From positions 1 to 27,083 of the forward strand of contig WRNS01000001.1 in assembly GCA_009776495.1 (NCBI GenBank): a DNA stretch of 27,083 nucleotides. Direction: 5' to 3'. Position numbers and translations under genes: made by a program. Positions 1 to 9,961 of the stretch are shown piece by piece (within the stretch, counting starts at the first letter, position 1; every line of letters begins with the position of its first letter). The notes below the pieces were generated by a model. That model searched no databases and was not told the origin of the DNA. It saw only the letters and a program-made list of their open reading frames with translations. This stretch comes from Methanobrevibacter sp. (GTDB lineage Archaea > Methanobacteriota > Methanobacteria > Methanobacteriales > Methanobacteriaceae).

Positions 1-152
1 TCATTGATTAAAATATAATTAAATTAATATATTAAAAAAAATTATAATATAAATCATAATCACATTTTTTTTCATTTGGATTGATGATATTGTTTTTATA
101 ATTTATATTTTAGGCATATAATTAATAAATTTATTTTATAAGGTGAATCGTT

Positions 153-749
153 TTGAAATATAGCTCTGGATTAATGGCACTTTCTTTTTGGTATATTGAA
201 ACAAAAAAAACAGCAAAATATTTGATTCAAGGATTATCTAGAAAAGAGATAATTGAATTAGCTATTGAAGAAAATATTTATCAGGTTGAAACGGAAAATC
301 GTAAAAAAAGAATAGCTAACACTTGTGTCACTCGTTTAATTAATTTTCCTACTATCCTTTTGGAAGATATTATAAATTCCGATATTACTTCTTCTAAAAT
401 GTTAGTATTAATAAGCATATTAAAAAATGATAAACTATTTTTCGAATTCATGCATGAAGTCTTTAGAAATAAAATAATTATTGGGGAAAAATATATTGAA
501 AAGAAAGACTTAAACATTTTTTTTGATGAAAAAAAACTTCAAAGCGAAACTGTAAATAACTGGGTTCCCAAAACAGTTCAAAGATTGAAATTAGAATATG
601 TTAATATTTTAAGAGAATCAGGGCTTTTAAGTTTTGAAAAAAAGGATAAAAAAGCTATAATTTTTCCTATTTTAGATTATAAAGTGGAACAAGATATTAT
701 TTCTAATAATTTGAGTCCTTATTTATATGTAATAACTGGAGAAAAATAA
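153..749 (+). CDS. brxA: BREX protein BrxA (DUF1819 family)
   Basis: 198-aa ORF with TTG start after AGGTGA SD (141-146); BrxA-like motifs (NIYQ..TENRKKRIA, KNDKLFFEFMHEV); first gene of the brxA-B-C order. Confidence 0.9.
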   Translation: MKYSSGLMALSFWYIETKKTAKYLIQGLSRKEIIELAIEENIYQVETENRKKRIANTCVTRLINFPTILLEDIINSDITSSKMLVLISILKNDKLFFEFMHEVFRNKIIIGEKYIEKKDLNIFFDEKKLQSETVNNWVPKTVQRLKLEYVNILRESGLLSFEKKDKKAIIFPILDYKVEQDIISNNLSPYLYVITGEK

Positions 750-763
750 TTGATGGTGTTTAA

Positions 764-1348
764 ATGGATATTGATGAAAAATTAAATAGAATTGAAGGAG
801 TTATTAAATCAAAATCTTTTAAAAAGGGTACAGGTCTTGGAAACGATATTCCTTACTATATTTTTGACTATAATCCTATCCATGAAATAAAAGTAAGAGA
901 TCATGTGGAATTTTTAAAAAATAAAATTAACAATAACTCTATTTCAGATTTTAAAATTGATGAATTTGATTTATATGATATTACAATAGAAATACTTAAA
1001 AACAAAAAGTATTTAGAAAAAGTTTTCGAATTTGAAGAAAAAAAAGGAAGAGAAAAAACTCAAAGTAGTGTAAACAAACTCCTTAGAATTAGTAGTGAGA
1101 ATTCAAATCTTATTGTAAATCACATAAAAACGAATATTTCAGAGGATTCAATTGTTTTCATCACGGGTGTTGGAAAGATTTATCCTATAATTAGATCTCA
1201 TGATGTATTAAATAATTTACATCATCATATTGATGAAATTCCCGTAGTATTGTTTTTTCCAGGAAGATATTCTGGTAATGAATTAGAATTATTCAATACA
1301 ATAAAAGATAATAACTATTATCGAGCTTTTCCATTAATTACTGATTAA
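764..1348 (+). CDS. brxB: BREX protein BrxB (DUF1788 family)
   Basis: 194 aa; motifs GLGNDIPYYIFDY, FITGVGKIYPIIRSH.VLNNL, PVVLFFPG.Y, DNNYYRAF typical of DUF1788; lies between brxA and brxC. Confidence 0.93.
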   Translation: MDIDEKLNRIEGVIKSKSFKKGTGLGNDIPYYIFDYNPIHEIKVRDHVEFLKNKINNNSISDFKIDEFDLYDITIEILKNKKYLEKVFEFEEKKGREKTQSSVNKLLRISSENSNLIVNHIKTNISEDSIVFITGVGKIYPIIRSHDVLNNLHHHIDEIPVVLFFPGRYSGNELELFNTIKDNNYYRAFPLITD

Positions 1349-1415
1349 GATTATTTTCAATAGCTATTGTATTATATTAATAAAAATTACATTAAAAAGA
1401 ATTTGGGGCAGATAA

Positions 1416-4400
1416 ATGATTATTAAAGATATGTTTGAAAAACCTATTGATAGGGACATTAAAGGAGTCATTAAAGTAGGTCAAAAGACAGAAGAAAATA
1501 TATTTCAAGAATTAAATGAGTATGTTGTGACTAATGAGTTACAAAAACATTTTAGGGATTTTTTTGAAGGTTATGAAAAAGGAATCAACAATTTTACAGA
1601 TGAAATGGGGGTATGGATTTCAGGACATTTTGGAAGTGGGAAGTCTCACCTTTTAAAAATATTATCCTATATTTTAGAGAATAAAAAAGTAGAAGGTAAA
1701 CATGCTATTGATTTTTTTAAAAATCAGGGAAAAATTAAAGATCCCATTGTTCTTGCAAACATGGACGAATCTACTAATGTTTCTACTGATGTTGTTCTTT
1801 TTAACATAGATTCTAAAAGTTCAGGATCTGATAAAGATAAAGATCCTATTGTCAATGTATTTTTAAAAGTTTTCAATGAACTTCAGGGATTCTCTGGAGA
1901 ACATCCATCTTTAGCAGATTTTGAAAGAAATTTGACTAAAAAAGGAACGTATGAACAATTTAAAGAAGAATTTGAAAAAATTTCTTCTAATAGATGGGAA
2001 GATCAAAGAGATGATTTTCTATTTGTCCAAGATGATATTATAGAAGCTTTGGTGAAAATTGGATGGAGTGAAGATGCTGCTTCAAGATGGGCAGATAGTG
2101 CTGAAGAAAATTATAGTATTTCTATAGAAAAATTTGCAAGCTTGGTCAAGGAATACTGTGAAAGTAAAGGCTCCAATCACCATATAATATTTTTAGTGGA
2201 TGAGATAGGACAATATATTGGGGATAACTCTAAATTAATGCTTAATTTACAAACAGTCACCGAAGATTTAGGTATTCAATGTGGAGGTAAAGCATGGGTT
2301 ATTGTTACAAGTCAAGAAGCTATAGATTCTATGTTAGAAATTAAAGGACAGGACTTTTCTAAGATTCAAGGACGGTTTAAAACAAGGCTGTCTCTTTCAT
2401 CTGCAAATGTAGATGAAGTTATAAGAAGAAGAATCCTTGAAAAAGGAGATATAGCTACTGAATCTCTTGAAGCGCTATATGAAACAAAAGAAGCTATACT
2501 TAAAAATTTAATCACATTTACACAAGATACGGCATTTAAAAAAATGTATGGGGATAAAAAAGAGTTTAGTAACGTATATCCATTTATTCCATACCAATTT
2601 GATTTAGTTGCAAATGTTTTAAATGCTATTAGGATACATGGGGCTTCAGGTAAACATTTATCTGAAGGCGAAAGATCCATGTTAGCACTTTTCCAAGAAT
2701 CAGCTACAGAGATTATGGATAAAGAAACAGGAACTTTAGTTCCATTTTATATATTTTATGAAGCTTTACATAGGTTTGTGGACTCAACTCATAGTACTGT
2801 AATAATTAAAGCTGGAAATAACGAATATTTGGATAATTTTGATGTTAATGTTCTTAAAGTTCTTTTCATGATTAAATATGTGAAAGAAATTGACGCTAAT
2901 TTGGAAAATTTGACTACACTAATGGTAGATCATGTTGATGTAGATAGAATAGATTTAAATAAAAAAATAGCTAAGTCATTAAATAATCTTGAAAGAGAAA
3001 CTCTTATTTCAAAAAATGGAGATATTTATTCCTTTTTAACCAATGAAGAACAGGACATAAATAGAGCAATTAACAATGAAAATGTTGAAATTGGAGAAAT
3101 TCAAAATCATATTACTGAAGTTGTTTTTGAAGATATATACAATGCATCCAAGTATAGATATGATAATAGGTATAACTTTGACTTTAATAAAGCTGTGGAT
3201 GGAAGATATAAAGGAAATAAACAATCATCAGATATAGGACTCCATATAATAAGCTCTTATTATGAGTTTTCAAATTCTTCTTCAGAATCTCAAAGTACAT
3301 TGGCATCTCAAAATGATTATGAAAAAGAATCTTTAGCTTTAAAAGGCATGTCTGAATTAAATAAAGAAGTTATTATCAGGTTAAAAGATGATGAAATTAT
3401 TTTTGATGAAATAAGAGGAATGATACAAATAATTAGGTATTTAAATAAACAAAGCACTTCTTTTAGAGAAAGTTCAAAATCTATTATCAATGATAAAAAA
3501 CAAGAAGTTCAGGATAAAAAAGAAAGGATAAGATTAGCTATTGAAGAATCCCTACAAAGTTCTGATATATATGTTGATGGGAATAAAACAGAAATCAATG
3601 AAAAAAATGCGGTTATAAGGATTGATGATGGGTTAAAAAGATTAGTTGATAATGCTTACTATAAACTTTCTTATATGGAATCAAAACCAACAGAGGTAGA
3701 TATAAAAAATGTTTTACTTCATAGGTTAGAAGATAAATTTGCAGAATCTAAAGATCAGCTAGCTTTAGATGATTTAATTAGTCATATAGATAATCAAACT
3801 AAAATCGAAAAACCTTCTTTGAAAAGTATCATGGACCGGTATAAAAAAGCCCCTTATGGTTTTGTTGAAGATGATATTAAGTATTTAATAGCTACTTTAT
3901 TTGCAAATAAGTCTATTTATTTAATTAAAAACAGTCAACAAATTGTTCTTGGAAAAGATCGCCCAGAGGATATTTTAAAATCTTTTAAAACTAAAAGTGA
4001 ACAAGAGAAAATATTAATTGATAAAAAGCAAACAATAGAAAATATTAAAAAAACAACTGCTAAAGATATATTAAAAGAATTTTTTTCACTACAAAATGCT
4101 CCTGATGATCAGGAAGATTTAAAAGAAAAGTTTTTACAGGAATTAAACAATTATGATAAAATATTGGATGATATATTAGTGGAATACAAATTAGAAAGCA
4201 GATTCCCTGGAAAAAACATTGTTGAAAAAACAAAAGAATTATTTAAAGAAACAAAAAGAATAAATTCTACTAAAGATTTTTTTGATTTCATATCAGATAA
4301 TGAAGATGAATTTTTAGATCTTAGTGATGATTTAGATTATGTTAAACAATTTTTTGAAGGAAGTCAGAAAGAAATCTTCATCAATGCATGTAAAATATTG

Positions 4401-5000
4401 GCAATATTTGAAGCTAATGAACTTAAATTAAGAAATGAAGATTTAATTAATTTAAATGAAGAGATAAAAAGAATAATTTCAATGGATTCCCCTTATTCAA
4501 ACATACCAAAACTTCCTGAAATATATGGTGAATTCAAATCAATATATGAAAAGATTTTAGAAACTAAAAAGGGAAAAATTAGAGAAAATATTGATAGTAA
4601 TAAAACTCAAGTTTTAGAAATTTTAAATGATGAAATTTTGAAAAATGAATTTCAAGATAAAATTAATGTTAGATTTGAATCATTAGAAAATAAATTAAAT
4701 AACAAAACTGATGTTTATGGCTTAGATGAGTTCACTGATTTTTCTGATGATTTAAAAAATGAATTTTTTGAAAAAATTAGAAATTTTTTAGAAAAACAAA
4801 CTCCAGATTCAGGTGAGGGAGAGAAGCCAGTAATCCCTACTATTAAAACAATAAAAATAAAGAATATTTTAAATGAATCCTCATTATCCATAAAAAATGA
4901 AGAAGATATAGATATTTTCATTGAAAAACTTAAAAATAATCTTAAAAAAGAATTTGAAGAATTAAAAGATGAAAAAGGATCTATTAATTTGAAATTTTAG
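1416..5000 (+). CDS. brxC: BREX P-loop ATPase BrxC
   Basis: 1194 aa; N-terminal DRDIKGVIKVGQ, Walker A GHFGSGKS, Walker B FLVDEIGQYIG, VTSQE and KIQGRF motifs, long helical C-terminus. Confidence 0.95.
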   Translation: MIIKDMFEKPIDRDIKGVIKVGQKTEENIFQELNEYVVTNELQKHFRDFFEGYEKGINNFTDEMGVWISGHFGSGKSHLLKILSYILENKKVEGKHAIDFFKNQGKIKDPIVLANMDESTNVSTDVVLFNIDSKSSGSDKDKDPIVNVFLKVFNELQGFSGEHPSLADFERNLTKKGTYEQFKEEFEKISSNRWEDQRDDFLFVQDDIIEALVKIGWSEDAASRWADSAEENYSISIEKFASLVKEYCESKGSNHHIIFLVDEIGQYIGDNSKLMLNLQTVTEDLGIQCGGKAWVIVTSQEAIDSMLEIKGQDFSKIQGRFKTRLSLSSANVDEVIRRRILEKGDIATESLEALYETKEAILKNLITFTQDTAFKKMYGDKKEFSNVYPFIPYQFDLVANVLNAIRIHGASGKHLSEGERSMLALFQESATEIMDKETGTLVPFYIFYEALHRFVDSTHSTVIIKAGNNEYLDNFDVNVLKVLFMIKYVKEIDANLENLTTLMVDHVDVDRIDLNKKIAKSLNNLERETLISKNGDIYSFLTNEEQDINRAINNENVEIGEIQNHITEVVFEDIYNASKYRYDNRYNFDFNKAVDGRYKGNKQSSDIGLHIISSYYEFSNSSSESQSTLASQNDYEKESLALKGMSELNKEVIIRLKDDEIIFDEIRGMIQIIRYLNKQSTSFRESSKSIINDKKQEVQDKKERIRLAIEESLQSSDIYVDGNKTEINEKNAVIRIDDGLKRLVDNAYYKLSYMESKPTEVDIKNVLLHRLEDKFAESKDQLALDDLISHIDNQTKIEKPSLKSIMDRYKKAPYGFVEDDIKYLIATLFANKSIYLIKNSQQIVLGKDRPEDILKSFKTKSEQEKILIDKKQTIENIKKTTAKDILKEFFSLQNAPDDQEDLKEKFLQELNNYDKILDDILVEYKLESRFPGKNIVEKTKELFKETKRINSTKDFFDFISDNEDEFLDLSDDLDYVKQFFEGSQKEIFINACKILAIFEANELKLRNEDLINLNEEIKRIISMDSPYSNIPKLPEIYGEFKSIYEKILETKKGKIRENIDSNKTQVLEILNDEILKNEFQDKINVRFESLENKLNNKTDVYGLDEFTDFSDDLKNEFFEKIRNFLEKQTPDSGEGEKPVIPTIKTIKIKNILNESSLSIKNEEDIDIFIEKLKNNLKKEFEELKDEKGSINLKF

Positions 5001-5116
5001 TTTGTGATTTTCTTAAAGTAAAGTACTTATTCATAATTAGGTTTTTTTATTTATTTAATTGATTATTAAATATATTTTATGGAAACTATAGTTAAAAATT
5101 TTATAAAAAAAGAAAC

Positions 5117-6145
5117 TTGAAAAGTTCAACTGCTTCAGCGTATAATTCTGCTTTAAAGGATTACTCTAAATTTCACAATATGAGTATAAAAGACCTTATA
5201 AAAGAAGCTGATTATGAAGAAGAGAAAAGAATACGAGAAAAAAAAAGGACTATTAGAAAACGATTAGAAGAATATCGTAATTATAAAATTGAATATGGAT
5301 CTTCAAGAAGAACTATAAAAAAATATTTTGCAATGGTAAAAACTTTTTATAGGCATCATGAAATTATAATTCCATATATCCCTGAAGTTCAATTAAAAAG
5401 AGACTATCACGAAAAATATGAGGATATTCCTAAAATAAATCACATTAAAAAAGCAGTTGAATCAACAGATGATTTAATGGAAAAGGCCATTATTTTGTTC
5501 ATGAGTAGTAGTGGAACAGCACGGAATGAAACCTTAAGTTTAACTGTTGAAGATTTTTTTAAAGCATGTGAAAAATATATTAATATTGATATATATGATA
5601 AAAATATTAAGTACATCTTGGATGAGCTTTCTTCAAAAAATAATATAATTCCACTTTTTGAACTTGTAAGAATAAAAACAGATTATCATTACTATACTTG
5701 TTGTAGTGATGAATCTAGTGAAATGATTATAAATTATTTAAAAAACAAAAAAATGTTAAAATTAGAGTCTAAGCTATTTGATATGAATAGAAACAGGTTC
5801 AATAAATTTTTCATGAGGATTAATATGGATAATAACTGGGGTCAGGTAGGTTATTATGGATTTTTTAGGTCTCATGCTCTTAGAAAATTTCATGCAACAG
5901 TTATTGAGGATAAATCTTTAGCTGATGCATTGCAAGGTAGAAGAAGAGATAGTGTTACTGAAAGTTATTATAAATTAAATCCAGAAAGAATTCGAGAAAG
6001 ATATTTAGAAGTGTTTCACAAATTAAGAATCTTTCAAAAGCCAATCGAATTGAATAATGGTTATAATCAACTTAAAAAAGATAATGAAAGTTTAAATGAG
6101 AGATTGAAAAAATTAGAGGAATTAGTAAAAGGATTAGTAAAATAA
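5117..6145 (+). CDS. Tyrosine recombinase/integrase (XerC/D-like); true start probably ATG 5079 across an A7 frameshift
   Basis: Catalytic-type motifs SSGTARNE (R), RIKT (K), SHALRKFH (HxxR), LQGR, ESYY (Y); N-terminal SAM-like core-binding region; C-terminal coiled coil. Confidence 0.88.
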   Translation: MKSSTASAYNSALKDYSKFHNMSIKDLIKEADYEEEKRIREKKRTIRKRLEEYRNYKIEYGSSRRTIKKYFAMVKTFYRHHEIIIPYIPEVQLKRDYHEKYEDIPKINHIKKAVESTDDLMEKAIILFMSSSGTARNETLSLTVEDFFKACEKYINIDIYDKNIKYILDELSSKNNIIPLFELVRIKTDYHYYTCCSDESSEMIINYLKNKKMLKLESKLFDMNRNRFNKFFMRINMDNNWGQVGYYGFFRSHALRKFHATVIEDKSLADALQGRRRDSVTESYYKLNPERIRERYLEVFHKLRIFQKPIELNNGYNQLKKDNESLNERLKKLEELVKGLVK

Positions 6146-6353
6146 AAAAAGAAGTTATTTTTTCTTATTTTAAGATTTGTAAGTAATTGACCATGAAACC
6201 TGAAAAAATAAAGTATTGTATTGTAATCGATAGAACTTTTTAAAATAATAAATTTCAAAATTTTATTAGGATAGGGTATTTAATAAATAAAATTATTTTT
6301 ACCATTACTCTTTTAAATTTTATCATTTCAAAATCAAATGTCTTTTATATAGG

Positions 6354-9300
6354 TTATAATTTCTTCAGTAGATTGATTTTTTTGTTTTCTACTTCTACAT
6401 TTTGGAATAGCTCATAATTATGTTTCACTCCGTCATCTAAGTCAATTTCTATCTGCTGATTAGCTACATGTCCAAGTGCTTTATCATATTTACGAGTTTC
6501 TTCAAGTTGTTTTTTAAGCTTAATGTTTTCTTTTGTTGCTTGAAATTTTTCATTAGAATTAGTAGAATTAATGATTACTTGTTCATTATGGTTAATTTGT
6601 TCTTCAAATGCTTTTTGGAGAGGATGAAGATAGTCTATTCTAACTCGAGCAACTGTATCCGGCGTATATCTATGCATGTATATCAGTGCTTTAAACCCAT
6701 CTTCTTTTCCACTATCAAATTGCCAATAGATAGGTGTTTTTTTAAACATCCGTTTATGGTCCTTGAAAAAGTCTTTTAAGAAGTATTTCCGGATTGTTTC
6801 TCTGTAAGTTTTTCCTTTATTTCCTAAAGCATTAGCTATGAATTTTATGTTTTCTTCTAAAGTTTCTTCTGAGAAGGTTACTTTTAGGAATTCTGTGAAT
6901 TTGCTTAGGATATCGTCCTCGAAAAATTCAGTGTCTGAAATAGGGACTATGTTATCTTCATCTGGGAGGAATTTTGAGTATTTTGAAGGGTTGTAATCCC
7001 CTCCAGCATATACAAGTCCTTCTTGGTCTAAGGAGTAACGACCAAACATGCAACCTGTGAAATATGAAAATAAGCTTTTAATATCTCTTTCTATTTCTGC
7101 GATTCTAAGCGAAGTGTCACTTCCATCCATTTCAACGATTGAATTTTTATTTAAGCCATATATTTCAATAAATATTTCATTCAATTTCTTTTCATTTTCC
7201 ATTAGCTGATAATAAATCGATTCACAATGATTATTCCATTTTTCAAAAGCATTCGATAAAAATTTTTCATTTTGTTGTAAGAATGGGTGTTTTTCAAAAT
7301 TCCAACTAGTTTCAAAACTATCCCAATCCATTTTTGATAATTTAATATTTTCTTTGACAATATCTCTTACTATATCAACAGAGTTTTCCGAATAAATTAT
7401 GGGTAATGATGATATATGACCTACTTCATAATTTAAAGTTGGAGAAATAAGCCCCAATATTTTACTACAAACTTGCGAGTTGAGAAAGCCTAAGAGATAC
7501 ATTTTATCCTCATCTGTAAATATTGAACATCCTGCGACATCAAACAAAAATCCACTCTGGAAAAATCTAAATGCAATATTTCCACTTGAAATTTTTGACC
7601 AACTAAGACTTTCTTTAAAATAACATGAAATACTTTTAATGGTTCTAGTGACTGAATTATATTTTGATTTTGCATATTCTTTAAGTTCTTTTCCATCTTT
7701 TTCATAGTTGATTAAATATTCTTGATTTCCATACCATTTTCTATAATTTCCTCCTTTGTTATAAGGAAACCATTTTTTACCTGAGTTCATAGCATGAGTA
7801 GCATCTGTCATTCCAAAACCAACTTTACAAATATCAACTTCATACCACATTTTTAAGAATCGATTGTTATCACCAGTAGAAAGTCCTTGTCGTGCAAGTG
7901 CAAATGAAGAGAAATTTTTCCCGTTTTTGAAAGCATTTATAAGCTGAGGTCCAGCCCAGTAGGCTATCGGATTTCCTGGAATAGCTGAAACCTTATCTAT
8001 TGCTGTGATAAAAATGTTTTCACGTTTCAAAAAAGATGTTTCTTTTAATTTTTGAGAATTTTTATCAGTCACTCTTATAAAAGAGGATAAGTATTCTTTT
8101 AAATTAGTTTTTCTAATGGAAAATGCTGTAGTTTGGACAACTTCTCCACCAATTTCTTCAAATGCTCTTGCACCTAAATGAACCATATTAATTATAGTAT
8201 TTTTCAGGATTTTTTCTCTTAGTTTTTCATAGCTTGATAAAAACATGAAGCTTTGCTGAGTAATCATGGAATAAAAACCGTTTTCTCTTGTAATGGAATC
8301 ACACTTTTCCATAAAAACTGAAAATAAGTCTCGTTTAGAATCTACGAAGTTTTTTTTCAAATAATTTGATAATTTACTACTCATTCCACTATTACCCATA
8401 TATGGAGGATTAGTGACGACAATTTCGTATTTTTGAGATAAAATATCAGCTTGTTTCAGCAAAGGATTGATTTTAATTTTTATTTCGTCAAAAAATCCAA
8501 TTTCTATTAAAGAACTTTGAGAAAGTGTAGTTAATTTATTTTTAAGAATTTTAAAATCAACATTTTTAACATCTAGTAAAGAACCGAAATATTTAGCATC
8601 TATGAAAACTTCTCTAACATATTTTAAATTTCTTTTTAAATCATGATTTTCTTTAGATAAGTAATCAATCAAATCTGGACTAATATCATTGCTTTCTTGT
8701 ATTGATGCTAAATTTAATTCTATATTTTCTTTAAAAATCTGTCTATGAAATGCTCTTGCTTTCATAAAAACTGCAAAATATGCTAGTTGGTATGCTCTGT
8801 CATCTATATCCAAACCAAAAAGATTATTTTTCAATATGCAAATACTTGCATCTTTTTTGTTATACCCTTGAGAAAGATATATTTGCATAAGAACATCGAA
8901 AAAATAGATTAAAACATGCCCACTACCCATACAAGGATCTATTACTTTAATATCTTCTATATTAATGTTTTCATTTTCTTTTTCAATTGATTTTAATTGT
9001 TTTTGAACTTCAGGTTTTTGTTCAGCTTCATCAATATAATATTCCCAATTCTTTTTGATTTCGTCATCAGGATGTGTTTCAACCCACAATCTGCCCAAAC
9101 TGTTTTCAACCATATATTTAACAATCCAATCTGGAGTAAACAGTTGTGTAGCTGCTGGTATACGTTCTTTAGTAATTTTAACTCTCTTCTTCAACTGTGC
9201 AAATGTTTCATCTTTTAGCTCTGCATTGTAATATTGGTATAGCCACCCAATTATTTCCACTTGATCTTTAAAATCTTCTTCAGAAATCAATTTTATTAAC

Positions 9301-9896
9301 TGTCTTACTATACCTTCTTCTTTGGTAAAGGAAATAGAAAGCAATAGTTCAAAATAGTCTTTAGTTTTTTCAAATAGTTCTGGGAGAATTGAATTTAATT
9401 CATTACATTGTTTAATAAATAAAAATTGAAACAATTCATCTAGTTTATTTTCATTTTTAAGAGAATATATAGTTTCAATTTCTTTTCCATCAAAATCTAA
9501 ACCAATGTTAGGAGCTTCTGTTATTATGTCGGGTTCTAACTTATTTTCAGTTTCACTCGAAAGAATTCTTATTTTCATTGGAAGATAATTATTAACCTCC
9601 ATAAATCGAATAGCTATTATTCTGTTAAACCAAGTGTATGCAACTTCTTCAACTACATTATCATAACCTTTTTCTTCAATTGCGATTATCAAATTTTTTC
9701 TCTGTTGAATTTCTTTTTTATACAATATTTTTGGATAAGAACTGCCAATATCATATATTTCTCTTTCAGAATCTTTTTGAGAAGGGTTTAAAATGTTATT
9801 TTCATTTATTCCAATTAAATTCATTTGATAGGCAACATCTTCTCTTAATTTATTTCTTGCGTTCATAGCAAAAGTTTTTATCGATTTCTTATTCAT
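6354..9896 (-). CDS. pglX: BREX adenine methyltransferase PglX (BrxX), full-length, cassette A currently attached
   Basis: 1180 aa from ATG 9896 (the ORF track extends to 9914); AATQLFTPDWIV, motif I IDPCMGSGH, motif IV NPPY, C-terminal PIYW.FDSGK and IDLDDGVK.NY motifs. Confidence 0.95.
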   Translation of the reverse strand: MNKKSIKTFAMNARNKLREDVAYQMNLIGINENNILNPSQKDSEREIYDIGSSYPKILYKKEIQQRKNLIIAIEEKGYDNVVEEVAYTWFNRIIAIRFMEVNNYLPMKIRILSSETENKLEPDIITEAPNIGLDFDGKEIETIYSLKNENKLDELFQFLFIKQCNELNSILPELFEKTKDYFELLLSISFTKEEGIVRQLIKLISEEDFKDQVEIIGWLYQYYNAELKDETFAQLKKRVKITKERIPAATQLFTPDWIVKYMVENSLGRLWVETHPDDEIKKNWEYYIDEAEQKPEVQKQLKSIEKENENINIEDIKVIDPCMGSGHVLIYFFDVLMQIYLSQGYNKKDASICILKNNLFGLDIDDRAYQLAYFAVFMKARAFHRQIFKENIELNLASIQESNDISPDLIDYLSKENHDLKRNLKYVREVFIDAKYFGSLLDVKNVDFKILKNKLTTLSQSSLIEIGFFDEIKIKINPLLKQADILSQKYEIVVTNPPYMGNSGMSSKLSNYLKKNFVDSKRDLFSVFMEKCDSITRENGFYSMITQQSFMFLSSYEKLREKILKNTIINMVHLGARAFEEIGGEVVQTTAFSIRKTNLKEYLSSFIRVTDKNSQKLKETSFLKRENIFITAIDKVSAIPGNPIAYWAGPQLINAFKNGKNFSSFALARQGLSTGDNNRFLKMWYEVDICKVGFGMTDATHAMNSGKKWFPYNKGGNYRKWYGNQEYLINYEKDGKELKEYAKSKYNSVTRTIKSISCYFKESLSWSKISSGNIAFRFFQSGFLFDVAGCSIFTDEDKMYLLGFLNSQVCSKILGLISPTLNYEVGHISSLPIIYSENSVDIVRDIVKENIKLSKMDWDSFETSWNFEKHPFLQQNEKFLSNAFEKWNNHCESIYYQLMENEKKLNEIFIEIYGLNKNSIVEMDGSDTSLRIAEIERDIKSLFSYFTGCMFGRYSLDQEGLVYAGGDYNPSKYSKFLPDEDNIVPISDTEFFEDDILSKFTEFLKVTFSEETLEENIKFIANALGNKGKTYRETIRKYFLKDFFKDHKRMFKKTPIYWQFDSGKEDGFKALIYMHRYTPDTVARVRIDYLHPLQKAFEEQINHNEQVIINSTNSNEKFQATKENIKLKKQLEETRKYDKALGHVANQQIEIDLDDGVKHNYELFQNVEVENKKINLLKKL
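8562..8576 (-). repeat. Inverted repeat, left copy (CTAGATGTTAAAAAT on minus strand), inside pglX encoding LDVKN
   Basis: Plus strand ATTTTTAACATCTAG is the exact reverse complement of 9962-9976. Confidence 0.9.
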
Positions 9897-9945
9897 ACAC
9901 AAACATCTTCCCATAATAGTTTAAATAAAAATTCTGTTATTAAAT

Positions 9946-9960
9946 AATTATATATTTTTC
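9946..9960 (-). promoter_or_regulatory. Candidate archaeal BRE-TATA promoter for pglX inside the invertible segment
   Basis: Minus strand reads GAAAAATATATAATT, about 50 bp upstream of ATG 9896; a second TATA-like TTTATTTAAA lies at 9920-9929. The AT-rich background lowers specificity. Confidence 0.4.
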
Positions 9961-9961
9961 T

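Noticed and set aside
5086-5099. CTATAGTTAAAAAT as a third recombination site near the recombinase
   Set aside because: Only the AT-rich 3' part matches the 15-bp repeat, which is expected by chance at this base composition.
5117-6145. Recombinase as a prophage or ICE integrase defining a mobile element
   Set aside because: No att-like flanking repeats, tRNA, or phage/conjugation genes are seen; its position beside the pglX inverted repeats fits an invertase better.
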